A stretch of 64,000 nucleotides of DNA from Podarcis bocagei (taxonomy: Eukaryota). This document shows, piece after piece, positions 35,826 through 49,089 of the stretch. Positions within the stretch are counted from its first letter, which is position 1. The number at the start of each line of letters is the position of its first letter. The stretch lies in NCBI GenBank assembly GCA_964188305.1, contig OZ076887.1, one strand, 5' to 3'. The notes below the pieces were generated by a model. That model searched no databases and was not told the DNA's origin. It saw only the letters and a program-made list of their open reading frames with translations. The position numbers and the translations under genes were made by a program.

Positions 35826-38800
35826 GTTCTCCCTCTCCCCATTTTATCCTTATAGCAACCCTGTGAAGTAGGTCAAGCTGAGAGACAATGACTGCTCCAA
35901 GGTCACCCAGGGGAAACCCCTTGAAGCATCTGTTGTGTTGTTTTAATTGCTTTTGTTTGATCTGCTCAACGCAAACAGCTGAAAGTCTGTAAATTTTGAT
36001 AATGAACCTGATTTGCAATGGGTGTGTGTGTGTTTTAGTGATTTCGATTTCAACTGTATGCATGCAGTGTGCTTTTCAGTGTACTTTAAAAATGAACACA
36101 TGCCTGTGCCCAAAAGTAATGGTTGAAAGATTGCCTCTTCAACTCCTTGTTCCTGGGTCCCTTACAGCAACGGCCATTTCTGATGGATGTGTGGCTAGCA
36201 GGGATCTTATTTGTCTTTCATACCACTGAGGTGTTAAGCATCACCAGCCTGCTACCTAAGAGGAACTGCTGTGCTCTGGAGATACAATGATGGATGCACA
36301 CTAAGTCCTCCACCCTGAAGAGTCATACAGACAAAAGTGGCATACAGCCTATAGTTCATAAAAGAGCAGTGTACTGAAAGAGCAGTGAGTCCTGAGTTAA
36401 ATACAAGCAGATTTCTCAAAATGAAATTGCCAAAAGTCAATTTTGGGCTGAAAATTAAAAGGACTATATAAAATAGTATTAACATGTTGGCATGACATCT
36501 TCTGCTTGCAGCTTTAGTCCCTGCCAATAATGTGAAGCGTTAGGTGTGCCCACTTTGATTTCTAGAGCAATAGCAGTTCTCCAAATAATCTCCCCCCCCT
36601 TCAATTGTGCTCTTATATTGATCTCCTGTCCACAAGTGTCGTTTGCTGCGTCTCTTGCTGTCTTTCAGGATGATGCTAATTGAAAGCAGTGTGTTAATTT
36701 AAAGCAGGGCACTCCCATTAACCTTGCCAATATACCAAGGAGGGAGAAGAAAAGGGTGGCACAACAGTGACACTGATGCAAGGAATCGTGAGAATTGGTG
36801 GGCTTGGTACGCCAAGCACTGAACATATGAATCTACAAATGATTGGCCCATCCAGCCCGGGTGCATTGGCTGTGGTTGTCAAAGCTCTCTGCTACCTGTG
36901 ACCCTTTTAAGTAGCAAGCATAGGGACAGACTATCATCTTGTATATGCAAAGCATCTGCTCTGCATAGTATCTCTCTCTGCAGTCAGCTCAATGGGGGTT
37001 TGTGATGGATGCCATCAATGTGTGCAGCATATTATTGAGAAAAATATACAAAAGACCTGTCTCTAGTCCAGGGAACTTGTAAGCTCAAGGAGGAAGCTAG
37101 AAGGAAAGTCAAAGGAAGAAGAGGTGAATACAAGCAAAGGGAGCAACATGTTTTTTGGATTTGTTTTATTGGGGGGTAAAGATGGACATGTTAGCACTGC
37201 ACCCATATAGTTTTTCCACAAGCAAAGACACATGGTTGTGCTAAAGGTTAAGACAGTGATGGTTGATGACAACTACTTATAATTTAAGGTATGATTCATG
37301 GATCCCTGTGTGTTTACATAGCAGGCTTTCTTCTATGCCATTTGGTTGGCCAGTGGCTACCTGTTTGCTTACTGAGGCAAACAGGATCCCCTGCCGCAGT
37401 TGCTGGTGCTCTGTGCCCCCATTGTGGGAGAAATGGCATACTTTGCGGCTTCTAGCTGGACACTGTTGTGATTGGTCACTGCAGGTTCAGTAAATGCTGG
37501 ACAGCCGCTGGGCATGTAGTATCCTGGATCTGCAGAATGCCTGGGAGTGTGGCGGCTGCCAGCACTGTTGCAGCACCACCATATCAATTCTGATTGTATT
37601 GAGGAATACAGTGGCAATGTCATCTGTGTGTCAGGTGCTGGAATTCAGGAGACAAAACATTCAGTGTAGAGATATACTCCCCTCAGGAATTTAGAATCTG
37701 AGTAAAGAAACCACACTGGTTCCCTCCCACCCGCCTTGCTGTTTCTATCCTGCAGGAATTGGAAAATGATTGCCTGAAGCAGGGATATTACATGAACAGC
37801 CTCCCCTTCAGAAAGTTGTCCTCCAACTCAATGAGGGCAACAAAAACTGAGGGGGTAGTGCTAGCACACTCATCTCTACAGTTTGCCCACTTCATGTGAT
37901 GCCTTTTCTTGGCTTCTCAATGTCTGAAGAGGGCAGTGGGGAAGCAGAATTTCAGGGGGAGAAACCACATTCCTGTCTTAAAGTAAGCCTTTTCAGCAGA
38001 AAGTCAAGACATACCTAAATGCATACTAACTACACATGCTTAGTGAGATCAGGGATTATGTTGGCACAGTGCATGCAACCAAATAGTTGCATGCACGCAA
38101 GGATTACTTGCACAATGGGACTTCCATCCCCCTCTCTCCAAGCCCCAATACACACTCTGTGCCATCATCAGACCTACTCTGGAAGTTTGAGGGAAATCCC
38201 CCCAAAAATGTAGGCGGGGTGCAGGGGGAAAAGGGATGGAGAATGTTACGAATGTTAAGAAGATATCCTTGTGCTGAGGGAACCAGTAACTTGACGCTAC
38301 ATTGAATGCAACCCACAGCCTATTTGTGTACAAATTGTTGTCGCCACAATCCTGCTCCTCTTGTGCCAATGCATTCAGTGTACCACCAATGAATGTGTGA
38401 AGGGGGTTCCACTCCCTTCACATTGGGTCTAACCATTTGAGTAATGCAGTCAAGGACAAAACCCCTGCTAATGCCTCAGCTATTTTAATCTTTAAATTTG
38501 GAGGCTGCCCCCCCCCCAGTATTTCAACTTTTGTCTCTCACAGGTATTAGTCTGAATTCATTTTAATTTAATGTGCAATATAATTTAGTTTCTTAATTAA
38601 TGTGACATTAAAATCAAAAACTTAATTAAAAGGTATTTTGTTATATACCACCAATAAAGCTTTTACTCAACTGAGATTACCTAAAAGATACAAATGCCGA
38701 CATATTATCAAAAATAAATGTGCTTTGTCCCTCCCTGAAGGGGTGGGCGGGCGTGGAGGATGGCTTTAAAGACTTGTAAGCTACGAGTTTTATTCCTTTG

Positions 38801-39174
38801 TTGTTGTCTTTTGGAAGGGGAAGAAAAACTTTGTTGTTGTTTGTGGTGGCCATGCGGCTTCCAGCAGCCCAGAAGTAGTATTCCTTTTTAATTTCGAAAA
38901 TAATGTCTCATAAGAATGGCAGAACATTCCTGCAGGGGTCATGGTGGCTGCCACCATTGGAAATTGTCTCAACCCAATACAATACACCAAACATTCCACC
39001 AAAAGCAAGAACAATAATTCCCAGAAATGCAGTCAGTCTGAATGGCTACATCCCCAATAGCCCTGTCCAGGTGTTCTGCTGAAGAGGTGAGGGCACAATT
39101 TCACATAGTGAGGACACAGGCGTATGCACCACCCAGGTCCCTAACATGCACAAACATCTGAATGGAGATTCTAA

Positions 39175-39835
39175 TTTTGGGCATTGCTCTCGAGAGCCTT
39201 GAAGCATGTGACAAAAGTTACATATTCCAATTAATCAAGCAGCGGCTCTATGACCACAAAAGACAGCGCTTGCTACCTCATACTCCGAGATCTTGTTCTC
39301 CGGAGGCCTTAAGTATTAAAACACCCTACAGAACCTGTGCCAAATATCTAAAGGATCTACTACTCCCTACTACATCGAAGAGCCTTTATGCTCACAAGAT
39401 TAAATGCTTTCCCTTCTGCAGTGACCAATGGCAGATTTTCACACACTCCATATCAAGCCTGTTTGTATGCCTGCAACCAAGCAGTACCTGATTCAATGGA
39501 CCACATTCTCTTAGACTGCTCTTAGATTGATCTCGGCAACTAATGCTGAGCAAAATGTTGAACCTCAGGCCCATAACTCCGAGAAGACGTCAAATGAGGT
39601 TTCTCCTGGCAGATCGGGACAAAGATATCAAGTAGCTTCCTTTTTAGCCACAGTTTTACCCAAAAGGGTTCTCAACGAACCATCCTTTCAGGAAATAGAC
39701 AGGGCAAAGCAGAATATCTAAGTGCACACGATCACAGTGTGACCTTATAACCCTCAACAGCTTCGCCCTTGTCCTTTTAATTATCCCAGTGACTTGAAAC
39801 GTTTTATACTGTGATGCCAATAAAGGTATTTGATT
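39175..39835 (+). mobile_element. 5'-truncated RTE-X-like LINE 3' part
   Basis: RRAFMLTRLNAFPSAVTNGRF...DSMDHILLDC, aataaa at 39819, 12-bp TSD tggagattctaa (39163-39174, 39836-39847). Confidence 0.75.
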
Positions 39836-40920
39836 TGGAGATTCTAACCATGTTCATCTGAATGCACCTTGGTGTGCCTGGAGTAGAGGGGGAAGCACAC
39901 ACAGGAAGATTAAGAGCAGGGCCCTGCACCCACTACATAGTTTGAACCCCTTGGCATTTGACTAAACAGGTGTATAGAGGTAATGGGGTCAAGTGATGAG
40001 CCTATGAAAAGACAACCATCAAAAGCTAAATCAGAATTTTCTACAAGTTCAGTAGTGGAACATTTACTAATCTTAAGTGCAATATATGCTTGCTAGTTTT
40101 CTAGGAAATGGTAATGTGAAAAGATTTTGACATTACAGCTAAAATTTGCACTTCCACTTCCTTGATAATTCCATAGCAAAAGCAAACTGCATTCAAGTGG
40201 CACTTACCCTATTCATAGCCACTTAGAATGAAACCCTCAGAACACTTCAGTTCCATTGACTGCAGTCTTTACAGAGAATGATATCTAAATTGCAGGCTTT
40301 TTTTTTTTTACTTTACCCAGCATGAATCTTTGTTAAGAGTACCTTGGTTAATATCTCATATTGAATGTTCAGGCACCAAGTAAACATACAAGAAAAATCT
40401 CCGACACAGTAAACTCCCTGAAACAGAAAAGTACAATTTTTGAACAGCTCCCTTTTCTTTCACTAGGGCATCTGTGTGTGACATTTTCCATACACTGTAC
40501 TCCTACTCTATATGATCGTTCATTAGATCTCTCACTATTTAGATAAATTGCACCACAATCCTATACACAGTTACTTGAAAACAAAGCTCCCCCCCCCCCC
40601 CCCGGAATTTATTTTCCAAGCATACTTGGTGTGGGATGGGTTTTAATGGATAGGAGATGATATATTAATTGCTATTTATCCTTCTAGGTGCCCATGTGTG
40701 GGGGCTGAACAGAGTTTTAAAATCCCACCCTTGGGTGCAAAAGTAAAAGCATAGGAATTACGCTTTAAAGCCTCATTTTGAGCAAGTACATTTACCTTTG
40801 AGCAAGTGCTCAATAAAGAATCAGGAAACAACTTAGGAAGTAAGTTTAAAAATGTAATAGTTTTGCACTGATTTACAACAACAGCCGCAGTAGAAACTAT
40901 GCAGGCAAAATACTCATATT

Positions 40921-41169
40921 CACTGATGGAGGAATGGGGGTGTGGAGGGAGCGGACTGCCCCCAGCACCACTATTCCATCACAGCGCCCCCCCACCCCCC
41001 GTGTGCCGGACACCACACCCACACAGGCGGTGTGTCATGCCCCCAGAAAGCATGCCATGCCCTCATGTGTGGCGTACTACACCCCCCGGGATGCATGCCA
41101 TGCCGCCCCGTGGCACATGTTACGCCCCCAGGTGGCGCCAGCCATGCCCCCGCCTTTTGTCCGTCCCTG
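40921..41169. mobile_element. GC-rich non-autonomous DNA element with decayed internal repeats (hAT-like)
   Basis: Imperfect ends cactgatgga / tccgtccctg and repeated (g/c)catgcccc units. No TSD seen. Confidence 0.45.
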
Positions 41170-41517
41170 GTAGCAGAGCATGCAGCTTCGCCACTGCTCA
41201 TATTTACAGCATAACCAGCTTCAGGCATGTGCCTAAAGCTGGAGCAAGCAGAGGCATATCTGCATCCTACGCCTGGTCAAAGGAAGAGAGAGATTAACGA
41301 AGTACTATATGTCCCTTCATCTACAGGAGAAGAGGGGAAATGACATCCCACAGAGCCCTCTCTACTAGTTGTATTTCTATGGTCTGAGTATTCTATGGTG
41401 TGAGGTTAGCCCCTTCTCATGCTAACTAGAAAGACTCAGGGCCAATCTACACATTCATGTTTACCACCATGGCACTCCTATGACTGAGCTAGTCAGGACC
41501 AGGCTAGGGTCATTGGT

Positions 41518-41775
41518 AGTTAAGTTGTGGGTGAACATATCAGACGACACAGCGATTCTTCAAACAGCTCTTGTTTATTCACAGGCCAGAACAGAACTGA
41601 ACTGAAGGGTTCAACCAGCCTGCTTATATAGAACTCCACTAGAATGCAACAGTAACCATTTTCTGTAACTATCCAATCACTGAACGTCACTTTTGATCCC
41701 TTATTTGCATATGTGGACCTGAACTATCTACAGTATCCCCCTGCTGGCCCAGGGTGAGAACTTCAGTACATAACA
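41518..41775 (-). mobile_element. Short solo LTR (copy 2)
   Basis: Same family as 35579 and 47388. Left terminus reads agttaag rather than tgttaag. Confidence 0.88.
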
Positions 41776-41778
41776 CTG

Positions 41779-41922
41779 GTTGTTGTTGTTGTTCAGTCGT
41801 TTAGTCGAGTCCGACTCTTCGTGACCCCATGGACCAGAGCATGCTAGGCACATGCCTGTTGTCTTTGTCCATGGAGTTTTCTTGGCAGGGATACTGGAGT
41901 GGCTTGCTGGTTCCTACTCCAG
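41779..41922 (-). mobile_element. Bov-A-like BovB deletion derivative
   Basis: Minus strand ggagtaggaaccagcaagccactccagtatccctgcc (BovB 5'-like) joined to gtccatggggtcacgaagagtcggactcgact...(aac)n (BovB 3' end). Confidence 0.75.
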
Positions 41923-44863
41923 GGGTCATTGGTAGTCATACCCAAATCTAGAGTTGAAGGATTGCCCACTCAGGGTCTAAAGTCAGTGGAAACAGCTGGA
42001 ACTGCTTTGTTTACCAGTTGCAGAAGCTCCTAGTATTTGTTCTAGGCAGAGGTCAACACCAGGCTTTGGCGGGCCCTCAACACAGTATCCTGATACCTTG
42101 GCTGCCACTTGTCCCTCCACAGGGGCTATTATTGTCCCCAGTGGTGCCAATGCCAGTGCTTTGCAGCTCCAACTAGACCTTTCCCTACTGCAGCATTACC
42201 TGGTGGTACATACATGCTTCCTATTGAAGCCACGTAGTTGTTTGCTTGGCTCTGATCACTGCCAGGTGGATGCTGTCTTTCTTTTTTCACAGTGCAATGA
42301 CATGGAGTATAGGTAGGTAAGTAGCTCATTCACCACTGTGTCCACTATGGGTTGGGGTAGGTGGCAGCCTCAGTGATCCCTGCCAGGTCTCATGGTTGCT
42401 GGTTAGGAGGGCCTGGCAACTCGGCTTGGCTAAACCATTGCACTTAAAGTGGCTCTGGGCCTTGAGCACAAACTATCCACAGAAGCTCACTAGACCACTC
42501 CAGCCTCAAACCATGAAGTCCCTGACAGCTATCACAAATAAAACTAGTGCCTCAGATACAATAATGGGTGTTTTATGGTGCCCTAATGTTTGATATCCAG
42601 TGATAAAAGTTGCCCCCATATACTCTCATAGAGGTTTTTAGTAACAGATACTGTACACACTTGGAAAACGCAGCAAGCAAAAAGATGAAAAACAACAACA
42701 GTCAGTCCCTTTTCAGCTCTGAAAAACCAGTGCATCCATTAGTTCCTTAAATAATAATTTTGGATTCTTTCTACTTACCATCTGTTATTTCCCCCCAGTT
42801 TCCCCCGTTATGCTTTTATAAATGATGTATGGGATTATTTGTGTTGTGCGGAATTCTCTAAGTGAAAAGGATGGCAGATCATTAGTTCCTTTAGTACTAT
42901 GCCCTACTGTGAAATTATTATGGGAAGATTATATACGTCATTATAACAATATTAGCTTTACTGGCTGGAGAAGCTGTGTTTTTTCATCAATAACCTGACA
43001 ATCGCACACACAGTTTCATCAAAACCAACAAAAACTTGTATATCATCTGAAAAACTAAACCTACATTTTTTATGTATTAAGGAGTCTTCCATTAACAAAG
43101 CTTCTCCTTCAACAGAAAAATGAGGAACTGTGTGGTATAATTTCCCAGTTCGTGGTATATCAGCATTAATAAATGTGGTTTAATTTGACAAACGTTGCCC
43201 ATTAGCCAGTTAAAGTCTTCTTTTAGTTCTGTGCTCACATGCCACACTCATGGCTCTCACTGTGGCCAAGTCCCCACCTCATTGAATGGGAAGCTACACT
43301 TTTTATGTCATAAGCACACAAGGAAGTTTACATCTGAATTTTGATTAGCAAACAGAGAGGATGAGAACTACGAAAGCAAATACCAGTGATACTTTAATGT
43401 GCAGGATTCAGTTATGCATGTTTAGCCCCATATCCACCTGTACTGGGTTGAAATCGTCTGCCCCCCGCCCCCATGTCTTGAAAATCCTCATCCTGTGCAA
43501 AAGCAAAGACTTTTGTTGCTGTTGTTTATTTGCTTTTGCTGCTTTTCGTAAGGAGGGAAGAGAAATTTATCTGACATTCTCATGTGGGGGCTGTCATATA
43601 TCTCCCTGCATTTCCCCAGGAAGTGCAGCCAGCAGGAAGCTGTGGATAGAACCTCATGCTGCTTGCTACTGGCCACACATCCAGGAGAACTTTGAAAATA
43701 ACAATGCAATGCAGCATGGGGTTATTGTTTCGACATTGCACTGAGACATGCAGAGTTCTATTGAAATCAGTAGTGCATAATCACAGGGTTTGTTGCAGCT
43801 GCAGTGGTGGGGAACCTACCTCCCAGAAGTGGTTTTAGGGGAATGCAACTACCGTAGTTTGGTCGCATTGGGCACGGAGCCTCAGGGGCACAGCAACTAT
43901 TGTGCAGTATGGAAGGTGAGAGGTGGGGGGTGCTGAATTCTGGCATCATACCGGGCACCGCTGAAATTTAAGACCCCAAGATCTGCCATTGCACCTCCCC
44001 TATACCCCATGGGCCAAATTTGACAAGTGGGTCCCCACCTGGCTGTCAATCATCTGATGCCACAATGAGGTCAGGTGATACAACACTTTGGCGCCTCTGA
44101 TAAAGAGCCCTGCACAGCACTCTTAAGAGCTGATAATCAGTAAAGAGTGGGACTTCAAAGCACATCACAGGCCTCTATTCCTGGACTCTCCTAACAAAGA
44201 CAGGCCAGCCCTATCTGTCCTGTGGGAAACTGTAACAGGCAAATCACAATTCACTGCCTCGATTCCAACAAATAAATTACACAACAGATTAAAAAAATAA
44301 TAATGTTGGAAAGGAACACTTTGCAAAACACAAACTATACTATGATTTTGCTTTTACAAAGGCTCAAGGGAAGTTGTAGAGAGAAGTGACGGCTATGAGT
44401 CAGGCTCCTGTTTACTGGTAAGACAATGACTCATCTCTGTACATATTTAGACTTCTGAATAAGATTCTTGTTCCTAATAAAGCATAACATTGGATTTTGA
44501 CATCCCATCCAGTTTTCCCTCACCTTTAAGGAAAAAAGAAGAGGGCTGGTGGAAACTGATCAAGCTGAAGGTTTTCAAAGTCATATTAATTAGCCATTTC
44601 CTTTTGTCATCAGTTCTAACAAACTTTGTTCTAGGAGAAAAATTAGGGGGGAGGGAATCTAATACATATTTTCCCTTAACACCTTGTCTTTTGGGCCTTT
44701 GTGGGTTCTCCAGCGTTAGGGATCCCCTGTTAATCAGAAAACACTATTGGTTCAATCACCATACCTTTACTGCATAATGATGTGCATGTCTGCTTAGAAA
44801 AATGAATAGTTCAATGCAGTTGACTGCCAGGTATTTGAAAGCAGTGGGACTTAAACATGCATA

Positions 44864-45221
44864 AAAAGGTAAAGGTAAAGGGACCCATGACCATTAGGTC
44901 CAGTCGTGACCGACTCTGGGGTTGAGGTGCTCATCTCGCTTTATTGGCCGCGGGAGCCGGCGTACAGCTTCCGGGTCACGTGGCCAGCATGACTAAGCCG
45001 CTTCTGGCGAACCAGAGCAGCGTACGGAAACGCCGTTTACCTTCCCGCCGGAGCGGTACCTATTTATCTACTTGCACTTTGATGTGCTTTCAAACTGCTA
45101 GGTTGGCAGGAGCAGGGACCGAGCAACTGGAGCTCACCCCGTTGCGGGGATTCGAACCGCCGACCTTCTGATCGGCAAGTCCTAGGCTCTGTGGTTTAAC
45201 CCACAGTGCCACCCGCGTCCC
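44864..45221 (-). mobile_element. Sauria SINE, full length
   Basis: Reverse complement of 8194 type, 13-bp TSD ttaaacatgcata (44851-44863, 45223-45235), CpGs largely intact. Confidence 0.95.
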
Positions 45222-47387
45222 TTTAAACATGCATAGGACAGTGTTATACGTATCTTTCTTCAATAAATTGTTATGACTTTGTGAGGGTATGCTGAGATCT
45301 GACTAATCCCTGGATCCTGCAAATGTTAAAATACAAGCCAGGCTGGCTTATTGGTGAGGTGATCGCCTAGGGTTGGGAAGAAATGAAGATCTGTGCAAGA
45401 CGGCAAATGAGTGGGCCCCTCTCTCAACTGGCTGATAGTTAGAAAGACAAAGGGAATCATGTAAGAGGGGAGTCATGTGAACTAAAAGCTGGAAGAAAAG
45501 CAGCAGGCTGGGAAGCCAAAGAGAGAGCACTATATTTGATATATTTGTGAAGGGAGCCTCCACATCCTTTCCTATCACTGAAAGGATGATGAAGGGAGAA
45601 GCAAAAGGGCTCTTCCGTGAATTTTTAAGATTCCCTGCTTGTTTACGTTTCCAGGTAAAATACTCTTGTGTAGGCACAGAAGATACATGCAGGCCTGGTG
45701 AGTGGAGCAGAAGATAACTGCCTTCAATGAGGCCAGAGTCAGAGAAGTTTAACTGATTTTTTAATGGAATGACCTTGTAGCAAAGTCCAGAGCATTGTCT
45801 TAACAAGCTTCTTGTATAAGGAGACATGATGCCGGAGAAACGAAACAGCAATTTTCTGCAGCTCAGAGTTGGTCTCACACAACTGTGTCTAGTCACGAAA
45901 AGGTGTAAATGAAAAATGGCCTGTTTTCTTTCTGGGCTCTCAAGATTGGTGCCTGGAGGAGGTTTTTGAATGTGCTATGGGTGACTTGCTCAGTTTAATA
46001 CCCATTTGTTGAGTTCTTGGTTCCGTCCCCCCACTCCCAGCATAAGTGCACTGGGAATAAACCAGAAACTATATTGGCATTAATATGTGTATTCATTGTA
46101 AGAGTTTAAACAAGTTAAGATGCTTGAAATAGGGGGAAACAAACAAGAAAGAGACAGGGAGGCAAACTAAGCATGAATTTTAATGTCCTAGTGTACAGGT
46201 TGTGATCTGTAGGGCAGCGGTGTTGATTCAGAGATGGCAAATTTTAGTCAGCCCAGCTCAGAAATGGATCACTACTAATGAGTATTTTTAGAGGACAATC
46301 AGGATGGATCCAAACACCAGCTTCAGGTGTGCCCTCACACTAAGAAGTGTATGCCCACCTTGTGAACTGAGCTGTCAGGACTTCTGCGCTGCCTACAGCC
46401 ACAATTTTACCTGTCTCAAAGTGTGATATCAGAGGATTTCAACAAAAATGGAAATGTAAGCAGAAATTGCTGATGTGTGCTTCTTCACCCCATATCCAGG
46501 ATGGAGATCCATCCAGTGAATACAAACAATATTCACTGTTGTTGTTGTTTTCAGTTTGCAAATGATATATAATTTCCATTGTCTTTCCTTTGTATTGAAA
46601 TGAATGAGGTGGAATAAGCTAAGGACCTGTGGTTTTGCTTGATTTTATAATCAAGTGGCATATGTTAAACAAAATAAAATCAGTAGAATGAAGAAATTTA
46701 TGAAATAAGTAAATTGAATAAGCAAATTATGTAAGTTATGTAATTTTGCCACAGTGGACAACAAGACAAATAATATAGTTTTTTGACAGAAGACAAACTG
46801 CTATGGAACAGAAACAGCGCTGCAAGTAAAGAATACAGGGCAAGGCAGAAAACAATTCTTTCTTATATCTCTAGTCTCCAGTGGAATTAAGGCACAGCAA
46901 GGCAGGAGTGTCTTATTATTAGTTTAGTTAATTAAAATGTATGCAGTTCAGTGAATCAGTTCACCTGCACAACATCACTATCTGTGTTCTTTTGATGGGG
47001 TTTCTGCAGCAGCTGCAAGATTCAGTGACAAAAGACATCCCTGAGCCCATGTGTTCACTTTCTCTTCCCCAAGCAACCTTTCAAGCCCTGTGCATTTCTT
47101 TTATTTTCTTTGTTCTCTTCATTCCTTATATTTATCATCTGTTTTGTATGTTCTTCCACACTGGCTGTTGCAGAGGGGCTCATCTCATGTTCAGGACTCT
47201 AAAAGTATAATTGTTGTTGCATTTAATTTCAAACAGAGATATGAATGGAGCTTTCAGGGCCCTGGAAATTTGGCTGCAATTCTGTACCTTGGAAGTAAGT
47301 CCTGTTGAACTCAATGGGACTTACCTCTGAGTAGACCTGTGTAGACCTGTGCTATTCTCATTTCAGATCTGTTGTCCATATCCAAAG

Positions 47388-47648
47388 TGTTAAGTTGTGG
47401 ATGAACACATCAGACGACATCGATTCTTCAAACAGCTCTTGTTTATTCACAGGCCAGAACAGAACTGAACTGAAGGGTTCAGCCACCCTACTTATATGGA
47501 ACTCCACTACAATGCAACTGTAACACTTTCTGTAACTATCCAATCACTGAACGTCACTTTCAATCCCTTATTTGCATATGTGGACCTGAGTGAAAACTAT
47601 CTACAGTATCCCCCTGCTGGCCCAGGGTGAGAACTTCAGTACATAACA
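47388..47648 (-). mobile_element. Short solo LTR (copy 3)
   Basis: tgttaag...cataaca termini, TSD caaag/caaaa. Confidence 0.88.
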
Positions 47649-48403
47649 CAAAACTACAGCTCTACTGGAGCAATGGGCTTCTGTGCATGCAGCAGAACTT
47701 CTTCTCCTTCTTCTGTCCCCTCCAACTCCCTTCCCCATTCCTCAAAACCAGCTCCAGAGGGTGGGGGGGGGGAATGACCCCTCTGGAGCTGATATTAGGG
47801 CCATGCATGGGGAAGAGAGGAAACAGAAGTCCAATTGTTCCAGCTGAACTAGGCATGAAGAGCATTAGATGCAACCCTGTATTCAAACACTGATGTTCAA
47901 ATAGATTTCTAGAACACAAACCCTCCCTTCCACACATGAAGTGTCCAGCTTTTATGCCTATCAAAGTTTGCATTCTCTGGTGTTGATTTTACCACCGAAT
48001 AATAACTGTCAAGTGAGATTTCTGTCTCTTGCCTTCTACCTTCCAAATACTGAGCAGTGCAATGCAAAAACAGAGGAGCACGTCAAACCAAATGTCAAAA
48101 CCTGTCAGCTTTCAGGGAGGCTTCATCTGTGTTCCATGCACCACTTTGGGACGGATAATATTCCCTGGCATTTGGGATGACTATCATTTGACTTTGTCAC
48201 TATTGTTTGGGCTTAAGAAGTAAAAATGAAAATGAAAATGAAAAGGACCAGCATGCACTCCCATTATCTCAGGATGAGTTAGCTGTGTTTATAGAAAACA
48301 CAGTATCATCATGTGGATTTAGTTCCTGCATTACAAATTATTACAGCTGTCACCCTTTGTGGTCAAATCAGTTCAGCCTTAACTCACTGCTGGCAAACTT
48401 ACT

Positions 48404-48406
<3 letters not shown>

Positions 48407-48472
<66 letters not shown>
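48407..48472. repeat. (CT)n(CA)n compound microsatellite
   Basis: Direct reading. Confidence 0.95.
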
Positions 48473-48474
<2 letters not shown>

Positions 48475-48952
48475 CTATGAGCCTTCAGCTCTAACTTTTA
48501 AAGTTACTCGTATTGTGGGGAATTTTGCTCTTGTTAAGGAGAGTCTACTTATCCTTAGGAAAACTAGAATAAACTATGGGTAATAAGTATGGAACCACTG
48601 TTATGTCATAAATGCCAGGGAGTCCGTGACTACACCAGAGGAGAAGGTTAACCTGACTCCATCCATCTGGAAAATATTCCCACAGCTGATATGAGTCTAC
48701 CAAGTGTGTTACCGCCGCTCCTGAAAATAGTCATCAAAACTGCCAGGTTACATATTGGGAATGGGCAACGTATGATGAGCATGGCAGAGCACTCCATGCC
48801 ATCTATTTGTTGTAGGCTTTTCAAGAGTTTGATGCCTGTGTGTGAGAACAACATTATTATCCATCATTAGAGTTAGGTGCATGCAGCGTCCAAGCTTGAT
48901 CCAGGTAGGAGTCACCCTGCTCACCATCACTTTGCTCTGGTCTGACTAAAGC

Positions 48953-49089
48953 AGAAGTAGGGAACCTGTTGCCCACCATATATTGTTAAGACTCCAGCTC
49001 TCATCATCCCTGACCACTGGCTATGGTGACCAAGGCTGATGGAAGTTGAAGTCCGTGGACATCTGGAAGGCCAAAGGTCCCCACCTCTG
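48953..49089. mobile_element. Older palindromic hAT MITE
   Basis: catcatccctgaccactgg core shared with 19384 and 21389, decayed TIRs. Confidence 0.65.

Noticed and set aside
35826-41517. Internal region of a full-length LTR retrotransposon between matching LTRs
   Set aside because: No PBS, PPT or gag/pol remnants, and the left LTR has its own perfect TSD.
42770-42825. Minus-strand TATAAAAG followed by ATG|gtaagt
   Set aside because: Would imply a first exon of about 10 nt, with no CpG island or recognisable downstream exon.
45640-45705. Possible 43-nt exon (tttccag ... gtgagt) and 182-aa antisense ORF
   Set aside because: No recognisable peptide, and such splice-like pairs arise by chance in 64 kb.
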